Part shown: in pieces, positions 30,512-42,900 of the stretch
How positions within the stretch are numbered: the stretch's first letter is position 1
Layout: every line of letters starts with the position of its first letter
From: Macrostomum lignano
Taxonomy: Eukaryota
Direction: 5' to 3'
Length of the DNA: 64,000 bases
Assembly: GCA_002269645.1 (NCBI GenBank)
Contig: NIVC01000114.1
Span: 620,001 to 684,000 of the forward strand
Notes under the pieces: model-generated
What the model saw: only the letters and a program-made list of their open reading frames with translations
Databases searched by the model: none
What the model was told of the DNA's origin: nothing
Position numbers and translations under genes: made by a program

Positions 30512-31863
30512 TAGGTACATGAAAGCGCTTTTGGTTCACACTCTATCAGGGGCTGGGTCCTCAACTCAAAAAAATCTCGCGAATGTGCAACCGTTGTGAA
30601 GACGCGCCCCAACTCTGCTCCGCCTGTTATTCTCGAATCTGAATCAGCTTGGAGCTGCGCGTTAACTCACAGAGTTGAAAATTTAGTGGCGTTGCGATAC
30701 GATTTCTTTGGACTTTGAAATGGCGGCTCCGACTTACTTGAGTCTGAGGTCGTTGATTAGAGTCAGGACTTTATTGTATAGCATTTAAGGGGTCCGCGGT
30801 GTGCCTATGATATTACCGCTAGACCTGCATTGGTTGAAATTCATACCGAAAAAAGAATTCTATACCAGACAAACAAAGGACCTAAAAACTAATAAATTTA
30901 ATGCAGAGCGCATTAGGTGGTTAAGACAAAGTGTCTATTCGTAGATTTTTTAGTATCATTGCCTGCAGAAGTGCTAATAAATAGCGTGAATTCTTCTGTA
31001 ATTTTTCTGCACCGTATATTCGTCTGAGTCACAGCCATATACTAACAAGTTTCAACGAAAATGACTCCTAAGGGCATAAGCCCATTAAAAAGCTCTGAAA
31101 ATAGATTGCAGCAGTCTACATGTATCTGTCAAATATAACTTTAGTAAACTAGCCTAACTGAAATGCAATTTAGCTAACCTCAAATGATCCCTGCCCTATC
31201 CTAGGAGAATATTTATTATTTATAATGCATGAACTGTCTGGCTAAGGGTTTGTAGACATCCCAGACAGATAAACTGAAAGATGCATGTAAACTGGCGACA
31301 TCATTAAAAAAAATTTCTGTATAAAATTGTCGTGGTCTCGTTTGTCATGCTTTTCGACTGCCATAGGGGAGAGATAAAATTTCATTTGTCTGACTCCTCA
31401 TGGAGGCTTTAAGCATGTTGACTCCGGAGCTTTTGAAGTACTATAAGAAACTCTGAATTCGCTTGTAGTGAGGAATTGTTAGCCACCCAAAATACAACTT
31501 ATTTCTTCCTAATTTGATTTTTACTGAGTCCATTTGGTGTGCATATACTAAGAACTGCAGAATCACCAGACAATTCGATTTTTAAAACAAATTTGTTTAT
31601 TTTTATAAACGTCAAACTTCCAAACCAGCCATCACGTATGCATACACGATACTCTCTGTCCTCCAAACCACGCTGTTATCTTTGTTACTACTGTAGTTTA
31701 TTTATGGAGTAGTTTGCTATAACTTTATGGAGTACACTCGAACTACAGGTGTTTAAGTCTCTAGTAGCAGCACGCACAAGTGAAATGTTTTGAAAAAGGA
31801 CAAAATAGTCGATTTTTGGCTTCTACATTAATTTCCAAAACAGAGGCTTAATATTAAAAAAAA

Positions 31864-32634
31864 CTAAGCAATTGAACAATTAGCAAAGTGATTTGGTTTT
31901 TTTGCCAATAGGCTGCCTGGATAGAAAGCAGTCAGCCGCGAACAAAGTAGTCTCCATCGGTACTGCTGAGGCTGGCAGGCGCGCGGGTAGGCGAACCTCA
32001 GCAGGTGGCACAGGCGCTGCTGGCCTGAGAAAATCACAGCCTGACAGTCAGCTGAGGCCTCGCACATCATCAAGCACTCGGCCTTGGTTTTGTCAGCGCT
32101 GGTCCAGTAGGTGCTCTGGGTGGACTCAACCGTCTGGTTGGGCATCTGCGTCTGCTCAAAATACTTTTTATCTACAAAAATTGAATGCTCGTTTTACGAA
32201 ATTGGTAAAAAATGTAATAAAGACAGACTCAAAAACTCACAGGGGTAAGTCAAAGCGAAAACAGAAATGCGCCACTCGCCTCCGCATTTAGAAGCTCCGT
32301 TCCCAGAGCAGACGCTGTTGCAGTCGCTTGCGTTGGCAGCTCCCAGAGATCCGTAGGAGGTGCCGCAGAAGCACTGCAGACCGACCTGCACACCGAAGTA
32401 CGGGAAGCCGCCCAGAGAGCAGACGCGGCTGCAGAGCTCGTGTGTCATGCTGGCACTGCTCAGCATGAGGCTGCCGATGCTGAACTGACCAATCTTGCTC
32501 ACTCCAGTGAGTCCTTTTAGATCTCTAGCCTCGTTGTCCAGATAGCAGCCAATGTAGGACACCTGACTTACTCTACCGGCAGCGCAAAGCACGAGCGAGG
32601 CGAGGCCTACAATACAAACGATAGTCTTGAGCAT
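31864..32634 (-). CDS. Secreted WSC-domain plus PAN/apple-domain protein
   Basis: Exon 32634-32241 has a signal peptide and WSC domain (YIGCY, MTHELC..C, YFGVQ..CFCG, C...C.G....CGG). Phase-1 intron 32240-32172. The PAN exon from 32171 reads ECLMMC..SADCQAVIF....CHLL. The C-terminal reading frame is ambiguous. Confidence 0.8.
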
Positions 32635-33545
32635 AGTTACTTGAGTATAGATGTGATTTCAATTCTGCTGTAGCTCACACCAGTGTAGATCGTAATAGAG
32701 CGATGAATGCTGCAGCTCTCCTTGTTTGCTTTTATACCGGTTTTCTAGAAACGATCTGGTTGGATAAAAGTAAGTGCACTAATGACAGCTCTGCGTATTG
32801 AGTATGCGTGCTGGCTAACGCCAGCATGCTATGGAACTCTGCCTCGGCGGTCTGGTTCTCGACGTCCATGAGGATCTGCAACATCGCTGCGGTCTTGCCT
32901 GAGTTCTCTTTTAATCGGAGGTTGTCCTGCAGCCCACCTGACCGCCAGCGGGTGGCGTTTTTCCAGGCGGTGTTCGAGACGATCCGGATTGAAAATACAC
33001 AGACCTCGATGCTGACGGATTCACTAGAACAGAAAGTTGACGCGGCGCACAGTGGCCTGCTGCAGACCGTCGTTAAGAGCAGCGACGAGGAAGTTGCCAA
33101 TTCAATGTGGCACTTTACCTCCATGCCTGTTGCACCGTCGGAGACCAGCCGAATCACCCGAGTCGTACCGTCCGTAGCTGGTGCATGTAGCGAGCAACTC
33201 TAGCTGGTTACTGCGAGTGTTAGTTAGCCACTCAAAAAGGTGGAGAAATAGAAGGTGGCTGTGCCCGTATATTTATTGTCTGGCTGAACTCAGATTTCCG
33301 GTTCATTGAGTGCTCGAGCAAGGGGAAGCGGATAGGCTGGTTGGGGGGTCACAAAGTGCAAACTGGGTGCCCGAACTGCCTGCCTGCGCATGCTACAGTG
33401 CAGGTGCTGCTTTTCGTTTTTGAGATTTTCTGGGCAACCAGCTACTCTCGTGTCCGTGTTCGGTTTTTTCCCGGGTTGATATACTTTGTCCAACTGGTCG
33501 ACTCAACGTGTCAACTTCTGTTTTAAAAATACTCCATGTTAAAGG

Positions 33546-33588
33546 CGAGGACTACCAGACTACAACCAAGTGTTCCTAGTGGTCCTTG
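33546..33588. mobile_element. Degenerate 43-bp P-like mini-element
   Basis: CGAGGACTACC...CTAGTGGTCCTTG; the flanks match only imperfectly (GTTAAAGG vs GTAAAGTG). Confidence 0.45.
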
Positions 33589-34214
33589 GTAAAGTGGTGC
33601 CTGCGATGCCGCAGCAGCCAAGTCGAGCGCAAAGCCAAGAAGACTACATTTAGCAACCATCTTTGTCAGCTCCGTGGGCAATTTGAGAAAGGACTGAGAG
33701 CCAAAGGGGATTTCCTGCATGTAGCTGTGGATTTCAAGTGCAGCTGGCTTGAAACTGAACTTCAGTATGAACGCTTTAATTTTAACCGATTTTTGTTTTT
33801 AGTAATATAGAGGTTGCTAGTTTTTACCAATTAAAAATTCTTTAGATTACTTACCTATTCGCTAAATAGGTAGGCCATTTTTGGCCTTTTTCTAGGTATA
33901 TCCGCATTGTTTTGCTTCCATTTCTTCTTTTTGTTGTTTGTTGTCTGTTTTCAGTTTAGCGCGTAATTGTCTTTCGACGGCAATACTCCCTTCTTTTCTT
34001 AGCGATTTTCTTGCGTGCTTAGCGTGTTTAAAGATGTGTCTGATTTTCTCCACTACAATAAACTTGCGGCAAGGTATTCTCATTCTTTTGTAACTTATGA
34101 AAATCATTTAGCTGACTATGGCAAAACAATTTAATAAAACTCTGGTAGGAAATTTCTTTAAAAATGTTTTCTTTCCGGTGAATCAGGAGTTCCGGGAGAT
34201 TTTTATATCAGCAA

Positions 34215-36745
34215 GTGTGGATTCAGCAAATCAGGAAATTCGGTAAATCAGGCAATTCGGTAAATCAGGTAATTCGGTAAATCAGGTAATTCGGTAAATC
34301 AGGTAATTCGGTAAATCAGGTAATTCGGTAAATCAGGTAATTCGGTAAATCAGGTAATTCGGTAAATCAGGCAATTCGGTAAATCAGGCAATACGGTAAA
34401 TCAGGAAATTCGGTAAATCAGGCAATTCGGTAAATCAGGTAATTCGGTAAATCAGGTAATTCGGTAAATCAGGTAATTCGGTAAATCAGGCAATTCGGTA
34501 AATCAGGCAATACGGTAAATCAGGTAATTCGGTAAATCAGGCAATTCGGTAAATCAGGCAATACGGTAAATCAGGTAATTCGGTAAATCAGGTAATTCGG
34601 TAAATCAGGTAATTCGGTAAATCGGGCAATTCGGTAAATCAGGCAATTCGGCAAATCAGGCAATACGGCAAATCAGGCAATACGGTAAATCAGGCAATTC
34701 GGTAAATCAGGCAATTCGGCAAATCAGGCAATACGGTAAATCAGGTAATTCGGTAAATCAGGCAATTCGGTAAATCGGGTAATTCGGTAAATTGGCAATT
34801 CGGTAAATCGGACAATTCGGTAAATCAGGTAATTCGGTAAATCAGGTAATTCGGTAAATCGGGCAATTCGGCAAATCAGGCAATTCGGCAAATCAGGCAA
34901 TACGGTAAATCAGGTAATTCGGTAAATCAGGCAATTCGGTAAATCAGGCAATTCGGTAAATCAGGCAATACGGTAAATCAGGAAATTCGGTGAATCAGGC
35001 AATTCGGTAAATCAGGTAATTCGGTAAATCAGGTAATTCGGTAAATCAGGTAATTCGGTAAATCAGGCAATTCGGTAAATCAGGCAATACGGTAAATCAG
35101 GTAATTCGGTAAATCAGGCAATTCGGTAAATCAGGCAATACGGTAAATCAGGTAATTCGGTAAATCAGGCAATTCGGTAAATCAGGTAATTCGGTAAATC
35201 GGGCAATTCGGTAAATCAGGCAATTCGGCAAATCAGGCAATACGGCAAATCAGGCAATACGGTAAATCAGGCAATTCGGTAAATCAGGCAATTCGGCAAA
35301 TCAGGCAATACGGTAAATCAGGTAATTCGGTAAATCAGGCAATTCGGTAAATCAGGCAATTCGGCAAATCAGGCAATACGGTAAATCAGGTAATTCGGTA
35401 AATCAGGCAATTCGGTAAATCGGGTAATTCGGTAAATTGGCAATTCGGTAAATCGGACAATTCGGTAAATCAGGTAATTCGGTAAATCAGGTAATTCGGT
35501 AAATCGGGCAATTCGGCAAATCAGGCAATTCGGCAAATCAGGCAATACGGTAAATCAGGTAATTCGGTAAATCAGGCAATTCGGTAAATCAGGCAATTCG
35601 GTAAATCAGGCAATACGGTAAATCAGGAAATTCGGTGAATCAGGCAATTCGGTAAATCAGGTAATTCGGTAAATCAGGTAATTCGGTAAATCAGGTAATT
35701 CGGTAAATCAGGCAATTCGGTAAATCAGGCAATACGGTAAATCAGGTAATTCGGTAAATCAGGCAATTCGGTAAATCAGGCAATACGGTAAATCAGGTAA
35801 TTCGGTAAATCAGGCAATTCGGTAAATCAGGTAATTCGGTAAATCGGGCAATTCGGTAAATCAGGCAATTCGGCAAATCAGGCAATACGGCAAATCAGGC
35901 AATACGGTAAATCAGGCAATTCGGTAAATCAGGCAATTCGGCAAATCAGGCAATACGGTAAATCAGGTAATTCGGTAAATCAGGCAATTCGGTAAATCGG
36001 GTAATTCGGTAAATTGGCAATTCGGTAAATCGGACAATTCGGTAAATCAGGTAATTCGGTAAATCAGGTAATTCGGTAAATCGGGCAATTCGGCAAATCA
36101 GGCAATTCGGCAAATCAGGCAATACGGTAAATCAGGTAATTCGGTAAATCAGGCAATTCGGTAAATCGGGTAATTCGGCAAATTGGCAATTCGGTAAATC
36201 AGGTAATTCGGTAAATCAGGTAATTCGGTAAATCAGGTAATTCAGTAAATCGGGTAATTCAGTAAATCGGGCAATTCGGCAAATCGGCAATTCAGTAAAT
36301 CAGGTAATTCGGTAAATCAGGCAATTCGGTAAATCAGGTAATTCGGTAAATCAGGCAATTCGGTAAATCGGGTAATTCGGCAAATTGGCAATTCGGTAAA
36401 TCAGGTAATTCGGTAAATCAGGTAATTCGGTAAATCAGGTAATTCAGTAAATCGGGTAATTCAGTAAATCGGGCAATTCGGCAAATCGGCAATTCAGTAA
36501 ATCAGGTAATTCGGTAAATCAGGCAATTCGGTAAATCAGGTAATTCGGTAAATCAGGCAATTCGGTAAATTAGGCAATTCGGTAAATCGGGCAATTCGGT
36601 AAATCAGGCAATTCGGTAAATCAGGAAATTCGGTAAATCAGGTAATTCGGTAAATCAGGAAATTCGGTAAATCAGGTAATTCGGTAAATCAGGCAATTCG
36701 GTAAATCAGGTAATTCGGTAAATCGGGCAATTCGGTAAATCTGGA
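34215..36745. repeat. 17-bp satellite array (AATTCGGTAAATCAGG[T/C]), ~2.5 kb
   Basis: Tandem units with higher-order blocks. Confidence 0.97.
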
Positions 36746-36912
36746 AAGTCAGAACATCAGCACATCAAAAATTTCAAATCTGCATACTTAAAAACGGCCT
36801 TTGTTAAGCAACAAAGATACTCGTACAACCAAAGTTATGCTACTATTAAACTCAGTGCAGCTCAAATCAGTTTTGCAAAAGCAAGCAAAGCAAGACATTT
36901 AAAGCAATTCTT

Positions 36913-39900
36913 CTAAGCTTGGATAGCAAGAGTCGCGTCATCCAGCTCTCTCTGCTCCTCGGAGTCAGCCTCGGATGCCGCAGCCAGCAGCCGCAGCCCA
37001 ACCCAGTGGCCCACAGCCAGAGAGCAGAGGCTGAGTGCACCGGACCCACCGATGAAGCAAACAAAAAACGCTGGCCATTTGGTTTCAATGACGTAACCAA
37101 AAGCCGGAGACAGCAGCGACACTATATCGCTTAGAAATAGCGAGGCCGACACAGGGCCACTGATGGGCAGGAACTCGGACAGCCACAGAAACGCACAGAG
37201 TAAGCTGCTCGAACTTCCGACGCCCATTGCAAAGGAAGTTATGTTGATGTGTTCCTTATTACCAGTCCTCCACTGTAATCAAGGAACAATCACTTCTAGC
37301 TCTGTAGCTAGGCAACCCAGTAATCAAATGAAGGTATGTATTACCTTGAGTCCTGTTTCGGAGAGCTCTTCCGTGTTCTGTAGTTCTCTGACTTCCTTTG
37401 TCCCTCGAACTTCTTTAGACGTCTATGTTCGTAACCAGGTCCGCGTTCCTTTTGTCCACTGAAGTCGTTTCCGGCCGGTATCTGTAGTGCGGACCAATGG
37501 GAAGCTTCCAAATCAACAATGGGTACCCTGCGCCGAACTGCGGTTTAATATAAGCCTACTCCTTCTAGCAGTGCCTCTCTGCACTCTAGGTATAGCTCCG
37601 GAAACCACTGATAGTCTTCTAAGACCTATCAGGGGCAGTCCTTCTGGAGACTGCAACCAGTGGAGTCTAAACAGACTCAAGAGTCTCAGCAGACTCAAAT
37701 AAACTCAAGTCTCAATAGACTTGAGCGAGACGTCTCAACCAACGGGCGCAAATGAGTAAGGCTTACCGCAAGAACTCGTCCACGACGCGAGTTTCTTCAG
37801 GAAGGCTTCTCTAGAGCTTCCTCCTCGGAGCTTCTCTCTCTTGGAGATTCTTGGCTCCGGGTCCGTTCCGGACCACTTGTATTTATAGGCAAATGGACCC
37901 CCATGAGGTCACGTGGGTCCAACTCTTCAGCTGTCAAAAAGGTCACGGTTTGGTTGCTGTCAAACTTGGCAGGGTAGAAAGTTACTCCATTGGTTCAGTG
38001 TAAAAGCGCGTGATTGGTCATCGCATTCGAGTTATTTTTAGTTACATTTGATTGGGTCACGTGCGTACGGTTGAATGATGCATCTTTTCTGGGGTTTGCG
38101 TTTGACACGTACAGGTTACACGTGATTGGGTGATTTCTAAATTTAGCATGCTCAAGGTCTCTCTCTTTCTATTGGTTAGTCAGAATATACTTATAATTCA
38201 AAGCATACCTTTATTCATGCTCTTCAACTTACTACTGAATAAAATGTGTGAGTAGTACGTTAACACTTTTATGTCTTTTTTACAAAAGGTAGAACACTCT
38301 ACAAAATCTCCCATGTTTACAAAAAACTCGTCTCGAGTTTTAAATAGAGGATTGAAACGCGTAAAAGTTCGAGCATGTCTTTATAAAAATCTTTTGTCAC
38401 AAGTGTTACAGGTATTTAGTAATGGGTAGTTAAGAGCGTTGGTTATAAAAGTTATTTAAAGGTAAGTATACGCATGCAAATAAAATGTTTTTGGTTACAG
38501 TATTGACATGTGCGCCAAGACTAACAATAGGCGCACTGCCGCAAACTACGTCTACCTATCGGGCAATTCTGCCAGAGCTGAATATAATGTGAGTCGCTTA
38601 AATATTGTCCGCATATGCGATGTCTGTTTTCACAAATAATTGGTGGCTTGACAGCCAAGTCATCAGTTAAACATATTGGGCATTCGTAGAGTTGCTGTAG
38701 TTGGGGCGCCTGTTTGGACAGTGCGTTGCCCATTGTCGTCGTCGCTTGAAGTTTGAAGTCGCTCAGATTAGTCGCCTCTTACGACAAGCTTGCGAAGCTG
38801 TAGAGCTATTCTGACCCGGTCTCTACACGGGTTGTTTTCGCAACTTAACGAGGTCGCAGATTGTAGCCGTGTTGCTGTTTCTCGGTTGATGTTTGTGTCT
38901 CCTCGTGTTTTGTTGCGATGTGGCGGTTCGCCGAACGCGTGCGATCAGCGTTGTCTAGTGACGGTAAAAACGTTGTCGTGTCAGTGTTGATCTTCTTTAG
39001 TCGATGAATGTGCACGTAGAATTGGTGCTGATGAGGATCTTGCACATTGGCCAGGCGTGCCGTTGTCGGTGACGTTAGTTGGACCACTCGATATGGTCCT
39101 TTGTATTTCTGTGCGTGTTTGTGCGTTTGTTGCAGCGGATAGTGCAGGTAGACGATGTCGCCGGCTGTCAGAGTTGTCGATCTCGTGTCGGTGCCGGTGG
39201 TTAGAGCCACCTGATTGTCGATGTTGTGCTTGGCTACTTTCCATGCGAGGTGTAGTTGCGTGACGAACTTTTGAATGGACGTCGGGACTTCCACATATTG
39301 CGATGGTAGTAGTTGCTGTGCCAATAGATTTGGTGGTTGGAAGTCTCGTCCAAACATTAGAAAGAATGGCGTATTGTCCATCGATCTATGAATAGCGCTG
39401 TTGTAGGCCATTGTTACGGATTGTAGGTAGATGATCCAGTCTTCCGGCTGTTGATGCGCAAAGTGCGTGATCATCTCATGCAGATTACGATGAAACCGTT
39501 CAACCATGTTTGCTTTCGGATTGTAGGTCGACGTGTAGATCTGCGTGATGTTGAGTATCTTCACAACTTGCTGAAACAGTTGAGATACAAATTGTGATCC
39601 ATTGTCCGACGTGAGATTCTTCGGTGAGCCGTACTTGCAAATAATGTCGTTGAAGAAACACATTGCCACCGTTTGAGCTGTGATGTCCGGTATCGGTATA
39701 GCGATAGCAAACTTCGAGAAAATATCCAAGGCGGTTAGGATGTAGGTGTAGGCGATGCCCTGGAGACAGCTCGGTGGTAGTGGTCCGGTGATGTCGATGC
39801 TGAGACAGTCCATAGTTGTTGACTTCGGAATGGACTGTAGCTGTGGCTTCTGTCGTCGTCCCGTCTTTGATGCTGCGCATGAGTGGCAGTTGTTGCAATA

Positions 39901-42900
39901 CTGCTTGATGTCGCCGTACATGCTTGGCCAAAAGTAGTATTGCTCCACTCTTGCAATGGTTTTGGCTGCCGACAGGTGTCCAGCGAGTGGATTGTCGTGC
40001 AGTTCGTTGAGAATTGCCTGCCTAAACGAATATGGCATGTAGATTTTAGGTTTGTTGTCACTCATCCAGTAGAGTCGTGACTTGTTGATTGTTAAATGTT
40101 GTCGCTGCTTGCGCAGGAATTTTCGTTCCACGGGGCTGAGCTTGATGTCCTTGTCGTTGTTTTTAATTGCTTGTAGAAGTAGTCGTTCTCGTTTCATCCA
40201 TCAACTCCTTGATGTTAGGGATTGGATGAATGGCGTTGACTTCGTAGGTTCTTGACAGAGCGTCCGCAGCCTTGTTAGTAATTCCTGGTTTGTAGACGAG
40301 CTTGTAGTTGTAGTCCTGGATCTTGAGTGTCATCCTGATGAGTCGGTTGTTTGTTTGTCCTTTTGTAGTTACGACGTAGGTCAGCGGTGCGTGATCTGTG
40401 CGTACTATCGTCTGTAATGGAGATCCATAGATGTAGTAGTGAAACTGCGTAGGGCGAACAGAACTCCTAGTAGTTCTCGTTCCGTAGCTGACCATTTTGT
40501 CTCATTCGGTTTAAGTGCTCGACTGACGTAGGCTATAGGTCGTTCCTTTTTGTCTTCAGTTTCCTGTAGTAGGACTGCTCCGAGTCCCGTTCCTGAGGCG
40601 TCTGTCTCGATGATGAAGGGTTTGTCGAAGTCCGGATGCTGTAGCAGTGCGTCTGATGTCAGCTGTCGTTTGATTTCGTCAAAACTTTCTTGTTGCTTTT
40701 GTGTCCAATTCTCCTGCTTCCATTTGTCGAACTTGAGCAGGTCGTACAGCGGCTTTGCTGTCTTCGCGAAGTTGGGTAAGAACTTTCGGAAGTATTGCGC
40801 AAGTCCAAGAAATGATTGGACCTTCGTTTTGCTAGTTGGCGTAGGAAACTTTTTCACTTTATCCACGTTGTCTGGGTCCGGTGAAATTCCTTTGGCTGTC
40901 ACCTGATGTCCCAGGTAACGCACGTTGTCTCGGAAGAATTTGCATTTAGTTGGTTGTAGCTTAAGACCTTGTCGTTGGATAAGCGCGAGGGCCTTCTCTG
41001 TCGCTTCATAGAGTCGTTCGAAGTCTTCTCCGTAGGCCAAGATGTCGTCGACATAGTGCAGCAGGTTTGTGCATCCTGCAAGCATGTATGCCGTTAGTCG
41101 GCTCATTGTTGCTGGGCTGTTGCTGAGTCCCATTGGCGATCGGTTGTACTCGTAGACTTGTCCATTGTAGGTTTTAAAAGCCGTGTACTGTCGTGATTCT
41201 TTCTCGATTTCAATTTGCCAAAATCCATGACGTAGGTCGAACACTGTGAACAATTTTGCTGTGTTGAGCTTTGCTAGTAGCTCGGAGATCTTCGGTAGGC
41301 TTTGCTGATCCGTCGGTATGTACTTGTTCAGTAGTCTGAAGTCACATACGAGTCGTCTTTCGTTAGTCTCCTTCTTTTGTACCAAGAGACATGGTGATGA
41401 GTATGCTGAAATGGCTTTGCTGATGATGCCGTGTTTCAGCATTTTGTCGATAATCTCATCGAAGTGCTGTTGCAGATGCTTGGCGATCGGGTACGGTTTG
41501 CACTGAATTGGTTCCGTGTGCGGCAGAAGTTTGATTTCCTGTTTGATGTCCTTGGCTCGTCCGATGTCGTAGTCATGGTGGCAGAAAGCGTCGTTGTACT
41601 TCCACAACAGCTGTCGAACTTTCCTCTTTTGCTGTTCCGTAATCGGGCTGTCATCCAAATTGATCTTCTTTTGAAATTCTTCCTCTGTTAGTCGTGGAGT
41701 CGCTTGCTCAATCAGCATAACCGATGCTTGGGTGTTGAGATGACCGATGCACATTCCTTGTCGTAGATGAACCGTTTCTGTGTTCGGGTTGAATATTTGT
41801 ACTGGCAGCTGTTTATCTTTTGCAACCAGTACTAGTGCCGTAGGCATCATAATTTGGTGTTTAGCCGTGACTCTTCTGTTTGGGTCGAATATCATTGCTT
41901 CCTCCGTTGCGTTAGTTGCCTTTGCCTTTATCCAGCAGGCGCTCTCCGGTTGGATGATGACATCTTGTTGCAATGTTACTTTTGGTAGTACTCGGATCTG
42001 GTTGATCAATGGTTGTTCTACCGAGTCGATCTTGAACGTTTGCTTATTGAAGTCGAAGGTCAATGGTAGTCGAAGCTGCTTGAACGTGTCGATGCCAACA
42101 ATAACGTCCTGGTTTGGGAGTCTGTCGATGACGTACGTTGGAACTGTCAAATGTTTATTAGCGATTCTTAAATCAATGTCGGCTTTTCCCAGAATGTTTA
42201 GCGAATGTCCTCCTGCTCCTGCAACTGCGATTGTTGCTGGCCGTAGAGCAAGTCGTAGCTTGTTGCACAGTTGTTTTGATATAACTGTGATGGAGCTGCC
42301 GGAGTCGAGTAGCGCTCGACATGGTAGATTGTTGATTACCACTTGAGCCATTGCTTTGCCAATTTCGGCGTGTAGAGTACATACGTAGTTCTCTGGCCAT
42401 TTTGGGTCTTGCTGTTCTGCTTGATAATTGGGTGGTTGTATTCTTGGTGCCGTTGGTGTTGTCGGAATCGATGGATATAGCCGCGTTGCTAGTGTCGGTT
42501 GCCCTTGAACCTCACGATGTGCAGTTTCTGTTAGTTCTAAACTGTTGTCGCCTTCCGTTGTCGTTCTTTGCATTATGGCATTAACTGTCTTCTTCGCTTT
42601 TGGACAAGTCTGAGTGAAGCACCGTACGATTGACGAAATGATGAAGATTGCCGTGACAATCCACACAATGCAAGCACCGTAGAAGATGAATCCTTGATAG
42701 AGACTTCCTCTTCCATTGAGCAGCTCCCAGAAGCTGTTTGTCCAAAATGATTTGATGGCGCTGTCCATTGAAACAAGGACGGGAAATCTTCCTGTCCCGG
42801 TTCCTTTGTCCTTTCTTGTGAACAGCTGGTGAATCATCTTGCGTTGGGTGATGAACGCTTGCAAGAAGTCGTTGATCGTCCATCCTGGTGTTATCTCGTC

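Noticed and set aside
32732-33203. Overlapping 131/141-aa ORFs in GC-richer DNA
   Set aside because: No recognisable domain or splice context; cannot be supported as a gene.
33201-33444. TAGCTGGTT inverted pair as a hAT MITE
   Set aside because: Only 9-11 bp of match and no TSD.
34215-36745. Possible CRISPR-like array
   Set aside because: Units are contiguous with no unique spacers, there are no cas genes, and the context is eukaryotic.
37163-37702. Short ORFs repeated at 46819-47301
   Set aside because: Incidental ORFs within the two LTR copies.
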